Below, one piece after another: positions 59,140 through 64,000 of a stretch of 64,000 nucleotides of DNA; the stretch's first letter is position 1, and each line of letters opens with the position of its first letter. Source of the DNA: the human T2T-CHM13v2.0 reference genome, Homo sapiens; the NCBI RefSeq assembly GCF_009914755.1, contig NC_060930.1; one strand, 5' to 3'. A program made the position numbers and the translations under genes. A model generated the notes under the pieces. It was not told the DNA's origin and made no database searches. It saw only the letters and a program-made list of their open reading frames with translations.

Positions 59140-59880
59140 TTTATTGTTTAAAAAGGTTCAAACCTACAGGAAAGTTAAAACACTAGAACAGTGAATTCCT
59201 ATGTATCTTTCACTGAGACTGAGCAGTTACTTGCATTTTTCCACGTATGCTTTCCCTCTCTTCTTCTCCCTTTGTTTTTTTGCTGTCTTGTAGCTGGTTG
59301 CAAACATTGACACTCCACCCTTAAATTCTTCAGCTTATTCTCCCCAAGAATAAGGATATTATTTTACATTGCCACAATATTAAGAAATATACCTAAGAAA
59401 AATATCAATAATTCCATAAAATTGAATATACAGCCCCATTCAAATCTCTTTAATTGCCCCTCAAATGTTTTTTATTGTAGTTTTAAAATTAATCCAAGAT
59501 TAGGTTTAAGTGTTTTATTATGTCTCTCTTATTTTCATCTACGCTGGTTCCTTTGACAAATTTTGGTTTGTTTTTTTGTTTTTCCTGTCATTTTTTTTTG
59601 AAGAGTCTAAGCCTTGATCAAAGTCTGTTTTATACAGTGTCCAACATTCTGCATTCATCTAATTGGTTTCCTCACAATTCACTTTAGCCTAAACATTTTT
59701 TGGCAATAATACTTTATTAGTTGACATGCATTTGTTACTGCATCACATTCCATAACATCAGATTGTGCTTCTCTTGGTATTGCCATGTTTGATCATGTAC
59801 TTAAGTTGATGACCACCAGATGATTTCATTGTACACATACATTTTTCCATCTGTAATTACTGTGTAATCTGGTGAGTTCA
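59140..59880 (-). mobile_element. Old L1 (L1MC/ME-like) 3' fragment
   Basis: ttcaaacctacaggaaagttaaaacactag...ccccaagaataaggatatt...tttggcaataatac. Confidence 0.65.
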
Positions 59881-60050
59881 ATCTCACGTTTGGATTAAAA
59901 TTTTTATCGTTAAGAAGTGTCTTTTTAATCTAGAAAAAAAAACAGGTTATTTAATAGCCTATGTCACATTTTGTTTTTGTCTCCTTTATGTGACATGATG
60001 AAACCATAGAGCTAAAAATACAACCTTTGCTGATTTCTGTTCGCCTTTAA

Positions 60051-60422
<372 letters not shown>

Positions 60423-61064
60423 TGAACTGCTTATTGTTACCAATAAAGTATGTGTGCACGTGTCATTTCCTTTAAAAACTCAGGAATTTAAAGTAAAAAA
60501 AAGTTTTCTGAAATATTTCATAGCTTGCCTTTATCTTACTCAGATCAAAATTGTCACGTGATAATGATTGGCTTAAATGTACTTACATTATACAACACAG
60601 TAGTATTTTTGTTTTGTTTATTTAGCATGTAACTCTAAGTTCTTTAGGCTCTTTGTGATATTTTCATTTTTTGCAAAGATACTAAAATCCTTGAAAAAGT
60701 GAATGTTACCAGTAAAGATAAATCGTTATCGAACTACCATTCCAACAGAGTATATCATAGGACCGGTAAAAGAATTGGATTTCTAACTTTTTAAAAAAAC
60801 GATTTTTACATTTGCTTACTAGAATTATGTGTCTGTAGTTCAAAGAACAAGTTCATGGAGTGTGTGTCTGTGTGTGTGTGTGTTTTGGCTTCTGTTACAA
60901 AAAATATGATTACTTAACAATTATAATGTTATGATCCTGAAGATGATGGAGTCACTGTAGGAAAAATCCTTCAGTGTCTTCCATAGGACAGCAGCTTATT
61001 TCGCCTCCATAGTGGACCAAGGAACTGACAAAACACTCTTTTGTTTGGTTTTTATTTTTCTTAG

Positions 61065-61086
61065 AATGGCTTCTACTCACAATCAG
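61065..61086 (+). other. Candidate 22-nt microexon containing ATG (would encode MASTHNQ)
   Basis: Branch-like ctgac at 61025-61029, long U-rich tract, ttag|AATGGCTTCTACTCACAATCAG|gttagg. Confidence 0.35.
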
Positions 61087-62565
61087 GTTAGGCAGACCAC
61101 CTGGTGTCTGCCTGTGAATGGGGATATTTATGAGCAGTCTGAAGCAGTTCTTAAGTGTCCACTTCTTTGATAGAGAGAGACTGCTTATTCCAAGCTCAGA
61201 CATTACTTTTCTCTCAGAAATTGCCTGCCAACACCCCCCTCATAGTAGAATGACTAATTATGAGCTGCAGTCTTAACATTTTTCATTGTTTTGACGTTGT
61301 ATGCTTGGCAGGGTATAGGGTAGCTCTTTACTTCTTCAGGCTGTCTATATTTATCAAATACAGTGTAGATGCCTTTATAATATTAAATATGTGATTTGTA
61401 ACTCTTACTCTCCAATTTCTATCAATAAAGCACAGCTGCTTAGTTACAACTCTGGCTGGATTAAGCAGTTTGTTTTATTTTGTGGCTCACTAGAGTAATT
61501 TGAAACAATGAAGATTTACCAAGGATATAAGGCCAGATTTTTGCAGGTGCTGTTGTGTGTTTTGTAAACAAACATTCATCTTTAGTGGCTAGATATCAGG
61601 CAGGTCCCCCCAAATTTCTGGTGTACACTAGAGATCAGCCCAGATGTTTCTTATCCGGGGTGGGGGTAAAGAGAGGGTGACCCTAATGATCATGCTCAAG
61701 AGTGTTATGTTTGGCTGATCCAGTGGTTCTGACTGCCTTTGTTCCAGGCAGTGTGTAGCAGTTTAACAGCTCCTTTGAATGTGTTAGTGAATGAATGAGA
61801 GAGTAAAAGTTGGGGATAAAAGCAGAAAGGTGGTGGCATGATAATACTGGAGAACCTGCGTGAGCATATTAATTATATGGGTGCAGTATGCCATGTCAAG
61901 GCAGCTGCTGACTCTTGACAGATCCTATTAACCCCATGTTTTTTTCTTCTTCTTTTGAGGTGATCTTCTTAGTAGAAATTTAATTTTAACCTCTTTCTTA
62001 AAATAAGGAAAACTAATCTTGGGTGTCAGTCACATTCATAATTGTAGGGGCAAGCATTTTAGAAGAACTTAACTGTTTTCAAGCACTAAATTCTCAACCT
62101 GAGTTGTCTTCAGCAACCTAAGGTATTAATATGTCTAAAGAGCCCGGTCTCTTGGTTTCTTGTGCACGTAGTTTTTGGGTTTCTATTAATGAAAGGTTCT
62201 GGAGGTTCTAGAATAAAACAGGTATACCCTTTTGGAAATTGCATTATTAACATGCAGTGATCATTATTTCTTCACCATGTTGTTGGAAAATTTAATTTTG
62301 CAGTGGGAATAAAAAATGTTTAAGAATTCAATTGATGTTTATTAATTGTTGCCTATATATGTTATGTACTGTGCCTGGGGAGGGGAAATACAAAGATGAG
62401 TAAAGCAGGACCTCTTCCTTAAATGAAATTTTAGTTTTTAAAAAGCCTTTTAATGAGCACAAAAAGCCCTTTAGTGAGCAAAACAAACACAGTTAGTAAG
62501 TAAAATGAGTGCATGTGATTTTTTTTAAAGGAAACTATCAAATTATTCTAAATATAAAAATTTTA

Positions 62566-62895
<330 letters not shown>

Positions 62896-64000
62896 TTATC
62901 TTTCTTATCTTGCAGAAGAAAAGGAATTTTAAGTGCAGATTTTCAATGGTTATAATTTTCCAACACCAGACAAATAATGAACACAAAATATATGCTGCTG
63001 TAAGATTATATTGATAGTCTCACAGTATTTCTCTTCAGCATTATTATCTGATCAACACATATATGAATGGAATAGTAAAACTTAACATTTATCATACACT
63101 TGTTATGTACTTATTTCTTTTTTATTATCACAAAAGTATAAGTGTCCTCAATTTAAATGAGGATGCACAGAGATTAGTAACCATCCCACAGTTAACAGAA
63201 CTAATAGTTTAGCAGAGCCTAGATTCAAGCCAAGCAGTCTGATCTTTTATCCAACATTTCCTGAGTTCAGTTATTCTTAGCTGCCCCTTAACCCCCTAAT
63301 AGGTTTTTTTTGTTTTGTTTTGTTTTCTGTTGAGTATGGTTTGGAAGAACCTGCAAAACTCTATCTAAAATGAAGGGATACATTAACTTTTCTTCAGACT
63401 AATATTGTAAGAGAAAAAATTTAAGGAAAAATTTGGTTAATTTAATTATCTAAATCATTTTCTGTATATTTTCCTTCAGGTTCTTTATATATATGCATAT
63501 TTTTGCAGTGTATAAATATATTTGTAACCTTATATTCTACAATATGAGACATTTCCCATGTTTCTATTTTGTTTTCCAATTATTTTGAATTGTTGCATAT
63601 TATACCATTGACCTAATTTATTCACATTTGCTCATCTTTTGGGATTGTTTTGGTTGTTTCAGTTTTTCATTATTATACATAACATAGTAATGAACATTTT
63701 CTGCATAGCATATTTTTCTTCTCTTGAATTATTTTTGTAGGATACATTTCCAGGAGAGTCACATGTACTCTAGAACTTCATATGTTAGTTTGTGCCTGGC
63801 AGTGCCTTTATTATGTGAATTAGGTAGGGAGAAGTAAATTTGCAGAATAAAATGTGTTATATTCCTTGTAAAGTCATTTTTGCATTATCCAGTCATTTTG
63901 CATATAAATAGTAGAAAGGGGTTTAGTTATTTATACTGTTTTCTTATTTCCATTGGGGAAAGTAAGAATTGGGGAGATACAGGCAATATTAAATTAGAAG

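Overview
AT-rich primate (most likely human) genomic DNA with no recognisable multi-exon coding gene, tRNA, rRNA or CRISPR array. Much of it is interspersed repeat: about 30 Alu elements or fragments (J, S and Y), several L1s, solo LTRs (LTR12, MER4A-like, LTR19-like, MER21, THE1, MST, MLT1), DNA-transposon fossils (Tigger3, MER47A, MER3, MER5A, MER33, MER45A, MER94, MER102, MER103C, Charlie4z) and MIR/L2 remnants. Most L1s and LTRs lie on the - strand, the + strand is T-rich and the best splice signals are on +. This suggests the window lies inside a large intron of a + strand gene; I cannot name the gene. All ORFs in the track are repeat-derived or look random. I found no evidence of a new protein-encoded system. 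The most interesting items are: a polyadenylated, TSD-flanked L1-type retrocopy of an MST LTR transcript; an Alu whose tail and 3' TSD have been converted A>G into a G-quadruplex motif; a candidate 22-nt ATG-containing microexon; a sense LTR12 promoter upstream of a candidate exon; two internally deleted L1s; a direct-inverted-direct template-switch scar; and a (GGAA)17 microsatellite. Repeat subfamily names come from remembered consensus sequences and boundaries are approximate; both need RepeatMasker/Dfam confirmation.
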